Source: a virus
Length of the DNA: 64,000 bases
Virus record (IMG/VR): IMGVR_UViG_3300027771_000011
Location: 1 to 64,000 of that record
Reading direction: 5' to 3' (one strand)
Position 1 is the stretch's first letter. Every line of letters begins with the position of its first letter. A program made the translations under genes and the position numbers. The notes below the pieces were generated by a model. The model searched no databases, was not told the origin of the DNA, and saw only the letters and a program-made list of their open reading frames with translations. Shown piece after piece: positions 9,021-19,510 of this stretch.

Positions 9021-9665
9021 ATGGCTGATATAAAGTTAGAGACCCTTGTTCCTGATGTAGTAGTTGAGATTCAAGGCGCACCATCATTTACGATTATACA
9101 TTCTCTACGCAGAGCGACTTCTGAACTGTGTGAGCGAACCCTCATTTGGGAACATACAGAAGACACTCTTGATACAGAGGCTGGAGAGATAGAGCATGAC
9201 TTGCCTATTCCAAGGAATGCAGAGCTGGTTCAGCTTATTTCTATTTCTAGAAAAGGCGTGGAGTTAATACCCATTTCAGTTCGTAAGATGTCTCAGCTGC
9301 AGGGTGACGTTGAAGATGAAACCCGATGGGCCACTCCACTTTATTACTCCACCGATGGAATATTAACCACTCGCATGGCACCCATACCTAAAGTATCTGA
9401 AGAGCTTGAGTGTCGTATGGCATTAAAGCCGAAACAAAATGCAACGAGCATTCCTTATGAGCTGGGTGTTCGATGGCGAACTGCCATTGAAACTGGAGCG
9501 AAACACTTCCTTTGCATGATGGCGAATACAGAATGGTATGACCCTAATCGTGCGGCCTATTACAGGCAACTATTTGATCGTGAACTTGCTAGGGCCAAGG
9601 TTGCTCAGATGCAAGGTTACGACAGTACAAATCTCCGCGTTAAGTCAGTTCGATTTGGAGCGTAG
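9021..9665 (+). CDS. Second adaptor / tail tubular A-like protein
   Basis: Position; ELCERTLIW and ALKPKQNAT motifs typical of the paired adaptor. Confidence 0.65.
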   Translation: MADIKLETLVPDVVVEIQGAPSFTIIHSLRRATSELCERTLIWEHTEDTLDTEAGEIEHDLPIPRNAELVQLISISRKGVELIPISVRKMSQLQGDVEDETRWATPLYYSTDGILTTRMAPIPKVSEELECRMALKPKQNATSIPYELGVRWRTAIETGAKHFLCMMANTEWYDPNRAAYYRQLFDRELARAKVAQMQGYDSTNLRVKSVRFGA

Positions 9666-9724
9666 GGGCGCTGGCCCAATCCTGCACTATTTAGTGCAAC
9701 TTAAAACCTTATTTGGAGTTAGCA

Positions 9725-10114
9725 ATGTCTAAGTTTTCTGATTATCTTGAGCAGCATATTCTCAATGCCACCTTAAAGGGTGGTGACTTTCCCGATATTT
9801 CTCAGGCCTATTTAGCTGTATTCATCGGTGATCCTACTGACGCGGCTTCTGGTGGCGCTGAAGGTGCATGGACTAACTATGCCCGTCAAGCAATGTCGTT
9901 TGGCACTATTTCTGGTGGAGCCGTTAACAGCTCAACCCAGATTCAGTTTCCTGCATTGGTAGGGTCTAACGTTACCATTAGTCACATCGGCATTTTCGAT
10001 GCGGCATCCAGTGGCAACATGCTTTATCACACCAATTTGGCAACGTCCAAGACACTAACCGCTGACGATGTACTGTCGTTTGCTGTCAGTGGTGTTACGG
10101 TGACACTAGACTAA
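9725..10114 (+). CDS. Tail/fibre-associated structural protein
   Basis: MSKFSDYLEQHILN, YARQA, THIGIFDA-like SHIGIFDAASSGNML motifs common in phage tail modules. ATG at 9725 has a GGAG RBS. Confidence 0.75.
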   Translation: MSKFSDYLEQHILNATLKGGDFPDISQAYLAVFIGDPTDAASGGAEGAWTNYARQAMSFGTISGGAVNSSTQIQFPALVGSNVTISHIGIFDAASSGNMLYHTNLATSKTLTADDVLSFAVSGVTVTLD

Positions 10115-13100
10115 ATGAACTTTTCCGCACTCAATACACACGCGATTGGTGTTATCTCTGCTTCGGCAGAGGTGACAACAGTTGAGGGTGCGGCATCATT
10201 AAGTGCAGGGGCATCTGCTTCTGCTCAAGCAACTTTACACTCTCATGCTACCGCTGCTGTAATCAACTCAGTCGCATTAACAACAACGCAATCTGTTGTT
10301 CGTTTTGCCATGGCTACTGCCACACTAGGTTGTAACGCAGCTGCAAACGTAGAAGGGTATAGAGTTAAGTTTAGTAACGCTGAAATAGTTTGTGCAGCAA
10401 GCAGTGATGCTAATGCTGTGGTTCACAGGCAAGCAGTCGTGTACGTTACGGCTCAAGCAACGAATGTTGCTGTAGGATCGAGGGTGGCCTACGCGTCTGC
10501 TTCATTACAAGCAGAGTGTAACCTAACCGCTAACTCAGGTAAGGTCACTTTCTCCTCTGGAACATTGGTTGCTAATGCAGCTATGTCCTCTAGTGCAAAT
10601 GTTCATCGAGGCGTGCAGGCATCTATCAATGCGACTGCCGATTCTTCCTCATCTACCTTTATAGTCACTCCAGCAACAGCCAGTGTTATCAGCTCTTGCT
10701 CAGTTCTATCAGAAAGCTCAGCGCAAGCCTCAGCCCAATGTTCTGTAGCGGCACAAGCTAATCTAAGTTCATCTGCACACTGTATTCTTCAATCAAGTGC
10801 TGGTGTATCCGCATCAAGTGAAGTCGATTCATCAACTTATGTCGTATGGGATGCCTATGGTGTCTTTATTGGCTCAAGCTTAGCGATCTCAGTCGGTGAA
10901 AAGAAAGCGGTGGCACAGACCACTTTGGTTGCAAGCGCTGCATTAACTGCCGTTGCAACTTCAGGAGCGTTCTCTTATGCCACTGTTACTGCTCAATCTA
11001 ACATCATCGCAACCTCTAGTATTATTCATGGCTTAAATGCTAGCGTTACTGCAAGTAGCTCACTATCTAGATCTGACACCCAAACTTTTGTGGTTACTGC
11101 TTCTGGCGGTAACTATGTCATTGCTAGCCAATCTAATAGACCATTAGATTTCAAAGTCGGATCTACATATACATTCGACTTATCAAGCTCTAGCAATGGT
11201 TCTCATCCTTTACGGTTCAGCACCACTAACAATGGCACACATGGTGGTGGCAGCGAGTACACTACTGGCGTAACCATTACTGGTAATCAAGGTCAGGCTG
11301 GCTCTTCGATTTCCATTGTTGTCACTGAAGACACCCCATCTACTCTTTATTATTATTGTGCTTACCATTCCGGTATGGGTGGCACTGTATCTGTTTCAAG
11401 TGCTGACGATGTTTCAGCCAGTATAAATTCTTTTGCAAGCGCAGCCCTTAATGGCTCCGCCTTAATTACTGCATCATCAAATTCTGTTATTGAAGCCTCA
11501 GTTACGATTGCTTCTGTATCAGAGTTAACGGCTGCTGCTCATGCAGTTGTAGATGCTGGTGCAGCATTTGATTCAACGAGCAATGTAACTGCTGAAGCCA
11601 TAGCGATTTCTGGTGCTCAAGCAAGTGTTTCTGGCTCTAGCTCACTATCAAGTGTTAGCTATAATGTATCCTCGGCTAGTGCAACCTTTATTGGCTCCAG
11701 TATTGCCATCTCAGTTGGCCATAAGAAGTCAGTCGCTCATACAACCATCAATGCTAACGCAGCCGTTTCTAGCGCGGCTAACTCTGAGGTTTACAACGCA
11801 GCTTCAGTAGCAGCGTCAGCTGTTGTGAGTTCGATTGCAGTTAACTATTCATCTGCTCAAGCCAGTTGTGTCGCTCAGAGTTCTGTTTCAAGTTCAGCAT
11901 TTAATACTGCTAATCCAAATGCAGCTATTATCGCTCATGCAAATACATCGGCTACGACTGCTACTATACATTTTGCAACAGCTAATGTTGATGGCTCTTG
12001 CGTCATTGCTACTGCGCCATATCGTGTTATTGATGTATCCGCAGCGTTGTCTGCTTTTGCTGTTTCCATATCAGTTGGTAATAAGATTTCAGTTGGAAAT
12101 GCTCAGTTTATAGGCACTGCCAACCTAACAGCTGTAGCACAGGCTAGTAGTAATGGTCAGGCAACAGTTACTTGTAGCGCCTCGGTTTCAAGTTCGGCAA
12201 TCGCAGCGAGAATTATTCAAGCTGAAGCCTATGTGCTGGATAGTTTTGAGGTAACCCCCGCCTACACGATACCTGAATACGATACTTACACCTATACAAC
12301 AGCTACGTCAGTTTATGGGTATTACTCTCCTGTACCTTCGTTTCAATCTCGAACTAATCCGGGCGGAGTTACATACTATTATTCTGGTAGTTATTACTTT
12401 TATCATGGTATGTACCCTGCTGGGTCAGATTACACATGGACTTTTACCCCTCAGAATCAAAACTCTTCTCCACCTACAGAGTCTTCAACTTGGGGAAGCT
12501 TTGGGCCTGCTCCAGCTGCAAATACATCAGGCCGTTATAAAGGCGCTGTGATTGGAAGTATTAACCATCAAGACTCTGTGTATATTCCCGGTCTGAACCA
12601 AGTAACTGTAACTCACTACGCTACTCGTTACCAAATACTAGAAGACACTGTTACTACACACACGACCACTCATCCTGCTGTTTACGTTGAAGCAGTATCT
12701 GTACCAACAGGTTACACACCTAATGCTCAGGTTGTGGTTTCAGATGTAAGTGTCCTTAGTGGTAGCTTTGCATACTCAACAGCATCAGCTGAGGTTACTG
12801 CAACAGGTACTCGAGTTTGTATAGGCATAGCAGACGTAACCAGTGCAGCATCAGCTACGTCAACAGCGTTCACAGTAAGGTACATTGACGCATCAGCAAC
12901 AGTTAATGCTACGGCAGACTTATCGTTAAGTGTCACTGTTGACATATTAGGGTCAGCCCAAGTATTGGCAGATGCTGAAGCAACAGCTGAAAGCTTCAAC
13001 ACTTTACTTGCTACTGGATCGTTCAGTGGATCTAGTCTGGCGATTTCTGTAGGTAATAAGAAAGCTGTAGGCCAGACTGATATTGTGGCTACTGCTTCAG

Positions 13101-14242
13101 TCTCTGTCGCTTCATCAACCTATGTGATATTTGACGCTTCAGCAGCAATCAATCCATCTGTAACCATAAGTGCTGTTGGAGACCTTACAATTATTACTGC
13201 GGGGCTATCAACAGCTACCGCAACAGCCAGCATTGTTGCCTCTGGCTACCTATCAGAATCAGTTGCCAGTGCTTCAGTCAATGCCTCAGCCTCAGCCACA
13301 GCTGATGGCGACAACTTAATCGGTGCCGTAGCAAATGTTATTACCACACAGTTCTATACAGAATCTGTATTCCATCCTGCCGTAATAACTGCGGGGTATT
13401 GGGTTCCTGCTGTGTGGGAATGGGCAGTCGTAGGATCCACAGTATATGTGAATGGGTCTTATAGTTATGGCCCTGTCGGATCAGGATATAGATTCGTATA
13501 TCCCGGTACAACTTCTTATCAAGGAAGTGACACATACCTAACTTATGCTACGGAACAGTATACACAGACAGCAGCAACTTACTATGTAAACCCTGTAACC
13601 GTTAGCGAAGCCTATACCACTCCAGCGTTCTGGACAAATACAGGATATACCCCTTCTGCAAATGTTGCAGCTGAAGCCACCGTACTATTTAGCTTCAGCC
13701 TCACTGCGTCATCTGAACTGTCTGCCACAGCTGGAGCAATACAAACTGCTTCTGCTCAGATCTCAGCGTCAGCAGATACCACAGCCGCTTCTTACATTGA
13801 GAGTTCTGCAACCTGTACGTTAAATGGTACAGGTTCCATATCTCCAGTTAACACAAACTTCCTTAAATTCACCAGTGCTGCACTATCAGCTTCGTCTGAT
13901 GTTGTGTCATTAGCTGATAAGGAAATTTATGCCAAGGCGGATGTAGTTGGAACGGCTGACATAACTGTTTCAGGAACAGGAATAAACGCTGCGTTTGGTT
14001 ATTCAAATGCCGCAGCTTCAGTAGAAGCAACAGCCTTCCGAATGAGGGTTCCTTCTCCGATAAACGCCATAGCAACAGCTGAAGTAGTAAGCAGCTTTAC
14101 TTATGTTTCACAGACGGGTGAACGCAGTAACGGCATTCTCATATTGGTTGAGGCAGAAGTCCGATCTATAACGGTTGAAGCGATTGACCGAGTAATCATT
14201 GTAGATGCAGAAGATAGAACCATCTTTGCCGAAGCAGCTTAA
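10115..14242 (+). CDS. Large Ala/Ser/Val-rich repetitive virion fibre/appendage protein with inserted domains
   Basis: 1375 aa of short beta-type repeats, a recurring GSSLAISVGxKK motif, one cupredoxin-like insert and two Tyr/Thr-rich inserts. Confidence 0.7.
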   Translation: MNFSALNTHAIGVISASAEVTTVEGAASLSAGASASAQATLHSHATAAVINSVALTTTQSVVRFAMATATLGCNAAANVEGYRVKFSNAEIVCAASSDANAVVHRQAVVYVTAQATNVAVGSRVAYASASLQAECNLTANSGKVTFSSGTLVANAAMSSSANVHRGVQASINATADSSSSTFIVTPATASVISSCSVLSESSAQASAQCSVAAQANLSSSAHCILQSSAGVSASSEVDSSTYVVWDAYGVFIGSSLAISVGEKKAVAQTTLVASAALTAVATSGAFSYATVTAQSNIIATSSIIHGLNASVTASSSLSRSDTQTFVVTASGGNYVIASQSNRPLDFKVGSTYTFDLSSSSNGSHPLRFSTTNNGTHGGGSEYTTGVTITGNQGQAGSSISIVVTEDTPSTLYYYCAYHSGMGGTVSVSSADDVSASINSFASAALNGSALITASSNSVIEASVTIASVSELTAAAHAVVDAGAAFDSTSNVTAEAIAISGAQASVSGSSSLSSVSYNVSSASATFIGSSIAISVGHKKSVAHTTINANAAVSSAANSEVYNAASVAASAVVSSIAVNYSSAQASCVAQSSVSSSAFNTANPNAAIIAHANTSATTATIHFATANVDGSCVIATAPYRVIDVSAALSAFAVSISVGNKISVGNAQFIGTANLTAVAQASSNGQATVTCSASVSSSAIAARIIQAEAYVLDSFEVTPAYTIPEYDTYTYTTATSVYGYYSPVPSFQSRTNPGGVTYYYSGSYYFYHGMYPAGSDYTWTFTPQNQNSSPPTESSTWGSFGPAPAANTSGRYKGAVIGSINHQDSVYIPGLNQVTVTHYATRYQILEDTVTTHTTTHPAVYVEAVSVPTGYTPNAQVVVSDVSVLSGSFAYSTASAEVTATGTRVCIGIADVTSAASATSTAFTVRYIDASATVNATADLSLSVTVDILGSAQVLADAEATAESFNTLLATGSFSGSSLAISVGNKKAVGQTDIVATASVSVASSTYVIFDASAAINPSVTISAVGDLTIITAGLSTATATASIVASGYLSESVASASVNASASATADGDNLIGAVANVITTQFYTESVFHPAVITAGYWVPAVWEWAVVGSTVYVNGSYSYGPVGSGYRFVYPGTTSYQGSDTYLTYATEQYTQTAATYYVNPVTVSEAYTTPAFWTNTGYTPSANVAAEATVLFSFSLTASSELSATAGAIQTASAQISASADTTAASYIESSATCTLNGTGSISPVNTNFLKFTSAALSASSDVVSLADKEIYAKADVVGTADITVSGTGINAAFGYSNAAASVEATAFRMRVPSPINAIATAEVVSSFTYVSQTGERSNGILILVEAEVRSITVEAIDRVIIVDAEDRTIFAEAA

Positions 14243-14254
14243 AGAGAGATATTT

Positions 14255-14527
14255 ATGGAATCGTATACCAAACAGCCCACTGAAAGATTGGACTATGACA
14301 TTGATTTTACTGCATGGCTTCCAAGTGGGGACGCGATAATTTCCACTGTGACTGCTTCAGCTCCAGCGGGCTTAACGATTTATGTGACTGATGCAACGAC
14401 CATCATACCTAAAGTCTGGGTAGCTGCGGGTGTGGATAAAAAGAGCTACATCGTTTCTGTCACAGTTGAGACCAACCAAGGCCGAACTAAAGAAGTCAAC
14501 TTTAAAGTTAAAGTAAAGGATACATAA
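14255..14527 (+). CDS. Fibre-tail adaptor protein
   Basis: KQPTERLDYDIDF ... W ... TNQGRTKE motif typical of this ~90-aa family. Confidence 0.75.
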   Translation: MESYTKQPTERLDYDIDFTAWLPSGDAIISTVTASAPAGLTIYVTDATTIIPKVWVAAGVDKKSYIVSVTVETNQGRTKEVNFKVKVKDT

Positions 14528-14528
14528 A

Positions 14529-15794
14529 ATGGCTTTCGAGAATAACGTACAAGGTACGCTACAGGCAAACTTAGCTATCGGTGCAACTACTGTTGATGTG
14601 GTTAAAGCTGTTGCCCCAAATAAAGATGTTCCTACAAGTGGCCGTTTAACTCTATCTGCCACAGACAAGACTGAGATCATTACTTATACAGCGCGTACTA
14701 ATCCTACTAATAGCCAAACTTTTGCAGTTACTTCAGTTAGTACGGAGTCAGGTAATAAGTATTACATCAATGGTGTACGACAACAAACGCTAACTTTAAA
14801 AGTTGGATCTACTTATATATTCACTTATCCATCAGGCCATCCGTTTCGATTTTCTACTACTGCTGATGGTACACATGGAGGTGGGTCAGAATACACCACA
14901 GGTGTAACCCACAATAGCGCAACACAAACTACGGTTGTCGTATCTGATAGCACTCCAGCAGCTTTGTATTATTATTGTTCTTATCACGCAGGCATGGGTG
15001 GGAGTGCATCAGTTGTTAGTTATTGGACACTGACTGGAGTTGCTAAGAATGCTGAGTCTTCTTTTGGAGATCAAGCATGGTCAGCAGGTGATTCATTTTT
15101 CCAAGCACTAACTGCAGCTGATGTAGTTAATTTTACAACAATACAATCAGCTACAGCGCCTACTAATCCTTCTATTGGTACTAAATGGTTTAATACTACT
15201 ACAGGCGTTCTTCAAGAATATTTAAGTGACGGCACTGATTCAGCTTGGTTAGACATATCAGCAGGTGCTGTCTTGATGGCAGCATCAACTTCTGCAACAG
15301 TAATTGCCCCAATAGCACAAGGCCGTATTAGCACAGAAGCGTCAGGCACAGCAGCAGGCTGTAGTTATAGTGCCTACTCTAGTGGTAATACAACTGTAAC
15401 TTTTAACACAGCTATGGCAGATACTAATTACTCTGTCATTACAGATAAAGAAAATTTTGATGCACATCAAGTAATAGTAAGTAGTAAAACAACTACTTCT
15501 TTTGTCCTGCAATCAAAAGACACCGCAGGCACTGGAAATATGTCACCTTCTAGCTGGCCTTACGCATTTGTTGTCTATGCAAGTGACCCAGTACAAAATG
15601 TAATAGCAAATAAAGGCGACACAGGCGACACAGGGGGAACAGGCCCAGCTGGAGCAGCAGGCCCAGCAAGTCTTTCCTTTGGTGAATTCAGCATAGAACC
15701 AGTTACAGGAATGTTATCAGTAAACTACTACGGTGCAGCATACGAGGAAGATTTTTCAATAAACTCAAACGGTGAACTAGAGGTAACAACCTAA
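14529..15794 (+). CDS. Tail fibre protein with cupredoxin-like insert
   Basis: N-terminal EIITYTART ... TLTGV anchor interrupted by an HPFRF ... YYYCSYHAGM module; short collagen-like segment. Confidence 0.75.
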   Translation: MAFENNVQGTLQANLAIGATTVDVVKAVAPNKDVPTSGRLTLSATDKTEIITYTARTNPTNSQTFAVTSVSTESGNKYYINGVRQQTLTLKVGSTYIFTYPSGHPFRFSTTADGTHGGGSEYTTGVTHNSATQTTVVVSDSTPAALYYYCSYHAGMGGSASVVSYWTLTGVAKNAESSFGDQAWSAGDSFFQALTAADVVNFTTIQSATAPTNPSIGTKWFNTTTGVLQEYLSDGTDSAWLDISAGAVLMAASTSATVIAPIAQGRISTEASGTAAGCSYSAYSSGNTTVTFNTAMADTNYSVITDKENFDAHQVIVSSKTTTSFVLQSKDTAGTGNMSPSSWPYAFVVYASDPVQNVIANKGDTGDTGGTGPAGAAGPASLSFGEFSIEPVTGMLSVNYYGAAYEEDFSINSNGELEVTT

Positions 15795-16444
15795 TGCCAA
15801 CTTTAAATTTAGGCAAAGTACGCTTTGCTTTACAAGGCACATGGGATTCAGCAACTGCCTATGCAATTTTAGATGCTGTTCTTTACAACGGCAGTACATA
15901 TACTGCTATTGCAGCTTCTGCTGCAGGTACAGTTCCATCTAGCAATGCAGCTATCTGGCAGTTACTTGCTGAAAAAGGTACTAATGGCAATGATGGTACT
16001 GATGGCAATGATGGTACTAATGGCACTACTTTTACAGCAGGTACAGGGTTAACTCTTTCTGGTACAACACTTATTTGTGACATCAATACTCCGTCTGAAG
16101 TAGGTCTTAGCAACTTATCAAACAATGGTAATAACTTGTCAGGTAGTTTCACAGCTTCAGGCAACATTACAGCTTACTCAGATGAACGCCTTAAAAGCAA
16201 TGTAGAAAAAATTCCTAACGCACTAGATAAAGTTCTTAATGTTCGTGGTGTTACTTTTGATATGAATAGTGAGAGAGCAACTGGTGTTATCGCACAAGAG
16301 TTAGAAAAAGTGTTACCAGAAGCTGTGTTTGATAATAAAGATGGCATGAAATCTGTAGCTTACGGAAACATTGTAGGACTTCTTATTGAAGCAATTAAAG
16401 AACAGCAAGTTCAAATTAATAAGCTAATTGAGGAAAGTAAGTAA
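15794..16444 (+). CDS. Tail fibre protein with C-terminal intramolecular chaperone (peptidase S74-like)
   Basis: NITAYSDERLK ... GVIAQELEKVLPEAV ... LIEAIKE signature; GTNGND collagen-like repeat. Confidence 0.85.
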   Translation: MPTLNLGKVRFALQGTWDSATAYAILDAVLYNGSTYTAIAASAAGTVPSSNAAIWQLLAEKGTNGNDGTDGNDGTNGTTFTAGTGLTLSGTTLICDINTPSEVGLSNLSNNGNNLSGSFTASGNITAYSDERLKSNVEKIPNALDKVLNVRGVTFDMNSERATGVIAQELEKVLPEAVFDNKDGMKSVAYGNIVGLLIEAIKEQQVQINKLIEESK

Positions 16445-17403
16445 TGGCTCTTCCGTCTGCTGGTGCAATATCTTTTAGCCAAGTTAATATAGAACTTGGG
16501 CGTCCTTCTACACAGAATCTTAGTATGTCTGATTCAGCATTACGAACGCTATTTAACAAAACTAGTGGTTATATCAGCATGTCTTCAGGTTGGGGCCAAT
16601 CTAGTTTTTCTGCGTATCCTTATAGTATGCAGCATCTAGTTATTGCTGGAGGAGCTGGAGGATCTGGTTATGTGGGTTCAGGAGGAGGAGCTGGCGGTAT
16701 GCTTGAAGGTACTTACTCAATAGATGCATCACGTACTTACTCTATAACAGTTGGTGCAGGCGGTGGAAGCGGGTGGGGCAATGGAAATGAGAGTCGCCTT
16801 GAAGTAAATGGAATCATGATTTCCAATCCTACTGGTGGTGGTTTTGGAGTAAGCAATAACAGCATACAAAGTGCTATACAAACAGGTAATAGCGGTGGTT
16901 CTGGAGGCGGCTCTTTTTATGGAGGCTCAGTTGGTGGTTCAGGAATAGCTGGTCAAGGACATGCAGGCGGGAACGGAGCCAGTACTTCTTTGTATAAATC
17001 TGGCGGTGGAGGTGGTGCTGGTCAAGCTGGGGCCAATGGTGGCTACTCACCTGCTAACGGTGGCAATGGAAGAACGTCAACCATTACTGGTACTAGTGTA
17101 ACTTACGCAGGCGGTGGTGCAGGTGGCACTTTCTCTCCGGGCACTACTGTAGGTCAAGGAGGAACTGGAGGTGGTGGACACGGTGGTGGTTGGGGCGGAG
17201 GCGTACCATCGTTAGGCGGGCAGGTAAACACAGGTAGTGGTGGTGGCGGTGGTGGTGCCGGTAATGCAGGCGGCTCTGGTGTAGTTATTATTAGAATGCC
17301 AACTGTTTATTACTCTGGCTCATATTCAGGAACACCAAATGTATCTACTTCGGGCACAGACACAATATTAAAATTTACAAGTTCTGGTACGTACATTTCA
17401 TGA
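16444..17403 (+). CDS. Glycine-rich tail/receptor-binding protein
   Basis: MALPSAGAISFSQVNIELG N-terminus typical after S74 fibres; VIAGGAGG ... GGSGVVIIR glycine-rich domain. Confidence 0.75.
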   Translation: MALPSAGAISFSQVNIELGRPSTQNLSMSDSALRTLFNKTSGYISMSSGWGQSSFSAYPYSMQHLVIAGGAGGSGYVGSGGGAGGMLEGTYSIDASRTYSITVGAGGGSGWGNGNESRLEVNGIMISNPTGGGFGVSNNSIQSAIQTGNSGGSGGGSFYGGSVGGSGIAGQGHAGGNGASTSLYKSGGGGGAGQAGANGGYSPANGGNGRTSTITGTSVTYAGGGAGGTFSPGTTVGQGGTGGGGHGGGWGGGVPSLGGQVNTGSGGGGGGAGNAGGSGVVIIRMPTVYYSGSYSGTPNVSTSGTDTILKFTSSGTYIS

Positions 17404-17443
17404 GAGCAGTAAATAATACATTTATTAAAAGCGGGATTTTAAA

Positions 17444-19501
17444 ATGACAGCTTACGTTTATACATCAGGCGGTTTCCCATCATCACCCGTATCAGGTGAT
17501 ACGTTGGCTATTAATTCTGCTCAGTATCAATGGAATGGTACTACTTGGGTAGCTAATACTGCGCCTGCTGGCCCAACTGGGGCTACGGGAGCCGCAGGTG
17601 GAGCAGGTACAGATGGTACAGATGGTACGGATGGAACTAATGGAACCAATGGTACAGACGGTACGAATGGAACCAACGGTACCAACGGTGCAGATGGAGT
17701 AGGTGGTGTTAGAGATTTCGTAGCTAGCGGTACTTTGCCAAACGGAACTCCTGTTATTTTAAAAAGTGACGGAACTGTTGAAGCTGTAGAAATTCCAGTA
17801 ACAACTATTGCTACAAATATGCCAGCAGGTAGCGAATATGTATTTAACTCAAGTGCAACATTTGATTTCAATATAGATTTTGATCCAAATACCGCAAATA
17901 CTTTTGTAATAACTTATAGAGATGTTGGAAATGGACACGCTGGTACAGCAATCGTAGGAACTATTGCTAGTAACACTATTACTTTTGGCTCCCCAGTTGT
18001 GTTTAATTCAGGCGATTCTTATTGGAACTCAATATCCTTTGATCCTAACACTGCTGGTAAGTTCATATTAGCGTTTAGAGATGTTGACAATTCATACTAC
18101 GGCGTTGTGATGTTAGGCACAGTTTCAGGAACTTCGATTAGTTTTGGTTCTAAGTATGTATTTAGTTCTGCTACAACAAGCGAAATTCATGTATCTTTTG
18201 ATCCTCACAATTCAAATAAGTTTTTACTTGCTTACAACGATGGCAACGGCAAAGCGTTAATTGGCACAGTTTCAGGAGCCTCGGTTACTTTTGGAGCTGT
18301 GAATACATTTAATAGTGCCTCATCTTATGAAATAGACTTACGTTTCCATCCAAGTCAAACAGGTAAATTTGCAGTTGTTTATAAGACTGCAAGTGGCAAC
18401 AGCGGTTATGCAGCAATAGCGACAATTTCAGGTAATAATATTACTTTTGGTACTCCAGCTTATTTTACAAATGCTTCCTATAACTACTCAGTAGCGTTTG
18501 ACCCAAATTCATCAAATATTGTAGTGGCTTGGAGCGACAGCACTAACGGAATGTATGGCACAGCTATAGTTGGCGCAGTCTCAGGCACCACTATTACTTT
18601 TGGTACTAAGGTTGTACACGCAACAGCATATTCCGCCGGCATTAAAATAATCTTTGATCCGTATGGCACGACAGGTAAGTTTGTAATTTCTTATCATGAT
18701 GAAACTGGTGGATCGCCTTATACTGGCATGATGGTCACGGGTACAATTTCTGGTACTACTCTTGTCTTTGATGCTGCTAATGCGTACTCAGCAGCAGTAT
18801 GGACGCCTACCTTTGCTTTCAACCCTAATAACATTGGTGAGTTTGTAGCGGTTTTTCCACCAGCACACAATTCAAATGGTAAAGCAGTAGTAGGACAGTT
18901 GGGAGGAAATGTATTAGGGACAACAAACTTAACCGCAACTAACTTTATAGGTATGTCTTCAGCAGTTTATGTAGATGCAGACACAGCTTCTATAGTGCTA
19001 GCGGGAGGAGTGTCTTCTAACCAAACAGGTTTAACTACTAACTTAATATATTATGTTCAGACTAACGGTACTATTTCCACTACTGCTGGAACACCTAGCG
19101 TAGAGGCAGGCCGAGCTTTGTCTGCCACTACTTTACTTCTAACAAGTGAAGCAGGTACTAATGGCACTAACGGAACCGATGGAACCAACGGTACTAATGG
19201 TACTAACGGAACCAACGGTACTGACGGGTCTGATGGCACTGATGGTGCTGACTCAACTGTAGCTGGCCCAACAGGATCGACAGGAGCAGCTGGAACACCC
19301 GCCTTAGTCTTAATAAGCCAAGCATCAGCCCCAACTTCACCAGCCCAAGGACAGCAGTGGTTTGATACTTCTCAAGGTGTTCTTTATGAATACCTGTCGG
19401 ATGGTACAGACAATGCTTGGTTAGACAAAGGAGCAGCAAATAGTACTACATCCACAGCTGTTGCTGGGGCAACTATAGCCAGAATCTTAATGTATACATA
19501 G
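17444..19501 (+). CDS. Collagen-repeat tail fibre with beta-propeller-like repeat domain
   Basis: GTD/GTN triplets flank ~50-aa repeats (GTVSGTSISFG ... FDPN ... KF). Confidence 0.75.
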   Translation: MTAYVYTSGGFPSSPVSGDTLAINSAQYQWNGTTWVANTAPAGPTGATGAAGGAGTDGTDGTDGTNGTNGTDGTNGTNGTNGADGVGGVRDFVASGTLPNGTPVILKSDGTVEAVEIPVTTIATNMPAGSEYVFNSSATFDFNIDFDPNTANTFVITYRDVGNGHAGTAIVGTIASNTITFGSPVVFNSGDSYWNSISFDPNTAGKFILAFRDVDNSYYGVVMLGTVSGTSISFGSKYVFSSATTSEIHVSFDPHNSNKFLLAYNDGNGKALIGTVSGASVTFGAVNTFNSASSYEIDLRFHPSQTGKFAVVYKTASGNSGYAAIATISGNNITFGTPAYFTNASYNYSVAFDPNSSNIVVAWSDSTNGMYGTAIVGAVSGTTITFGTKVVHATAYSAGIKIIFDPYGTTGKFVISYHDETGGSPYTGMMVTGTISGTTLVFDAANAYSAAVWTPTFAFNPNNIGEFVAVFPPAHNSNGKAVVGQLGGNVLGTTNLTATNFIGMSSAVYVDADTASIVLAGGVSSNQTGLTTNLIYYVQTNGTISTTAGTPSVEAGRALSATTLLLTSEAGTNGTNGTDGTNGTNGTNGTNGTDGSDGTDGADSTVAGPTGSTGAAGTPALVLISQASAPTSPAQGQQWFDTSQGVLYEYLSDGTDNAWLDKGAANSTTSTAVAGATIARILMYT
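17606..17698 (+). repeat. Collagen-like (GTD/GTN)n 9-bp repeats; similar tracts at ~15977-16027 and ~19154-19252
   Basis: In-frame Gly-X-Y triplets read directly. Confidence 0.85.
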
Positions 19502-19510
19502 GAGCCTCTC

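Noticed and set aside
9683-9698. TGCACTA-TT-TAGTGCA palindrome between adaptor and tail genes
   Set aside because: Single short palindrome with no second copy or associated promoter that I can support.
10115-14242. Tape measure protein
   Set aside because: Composition is beta-repeat Ala/Ser/Val/Thr rather than helical, and no tail tube or chaperone genes accompany it.
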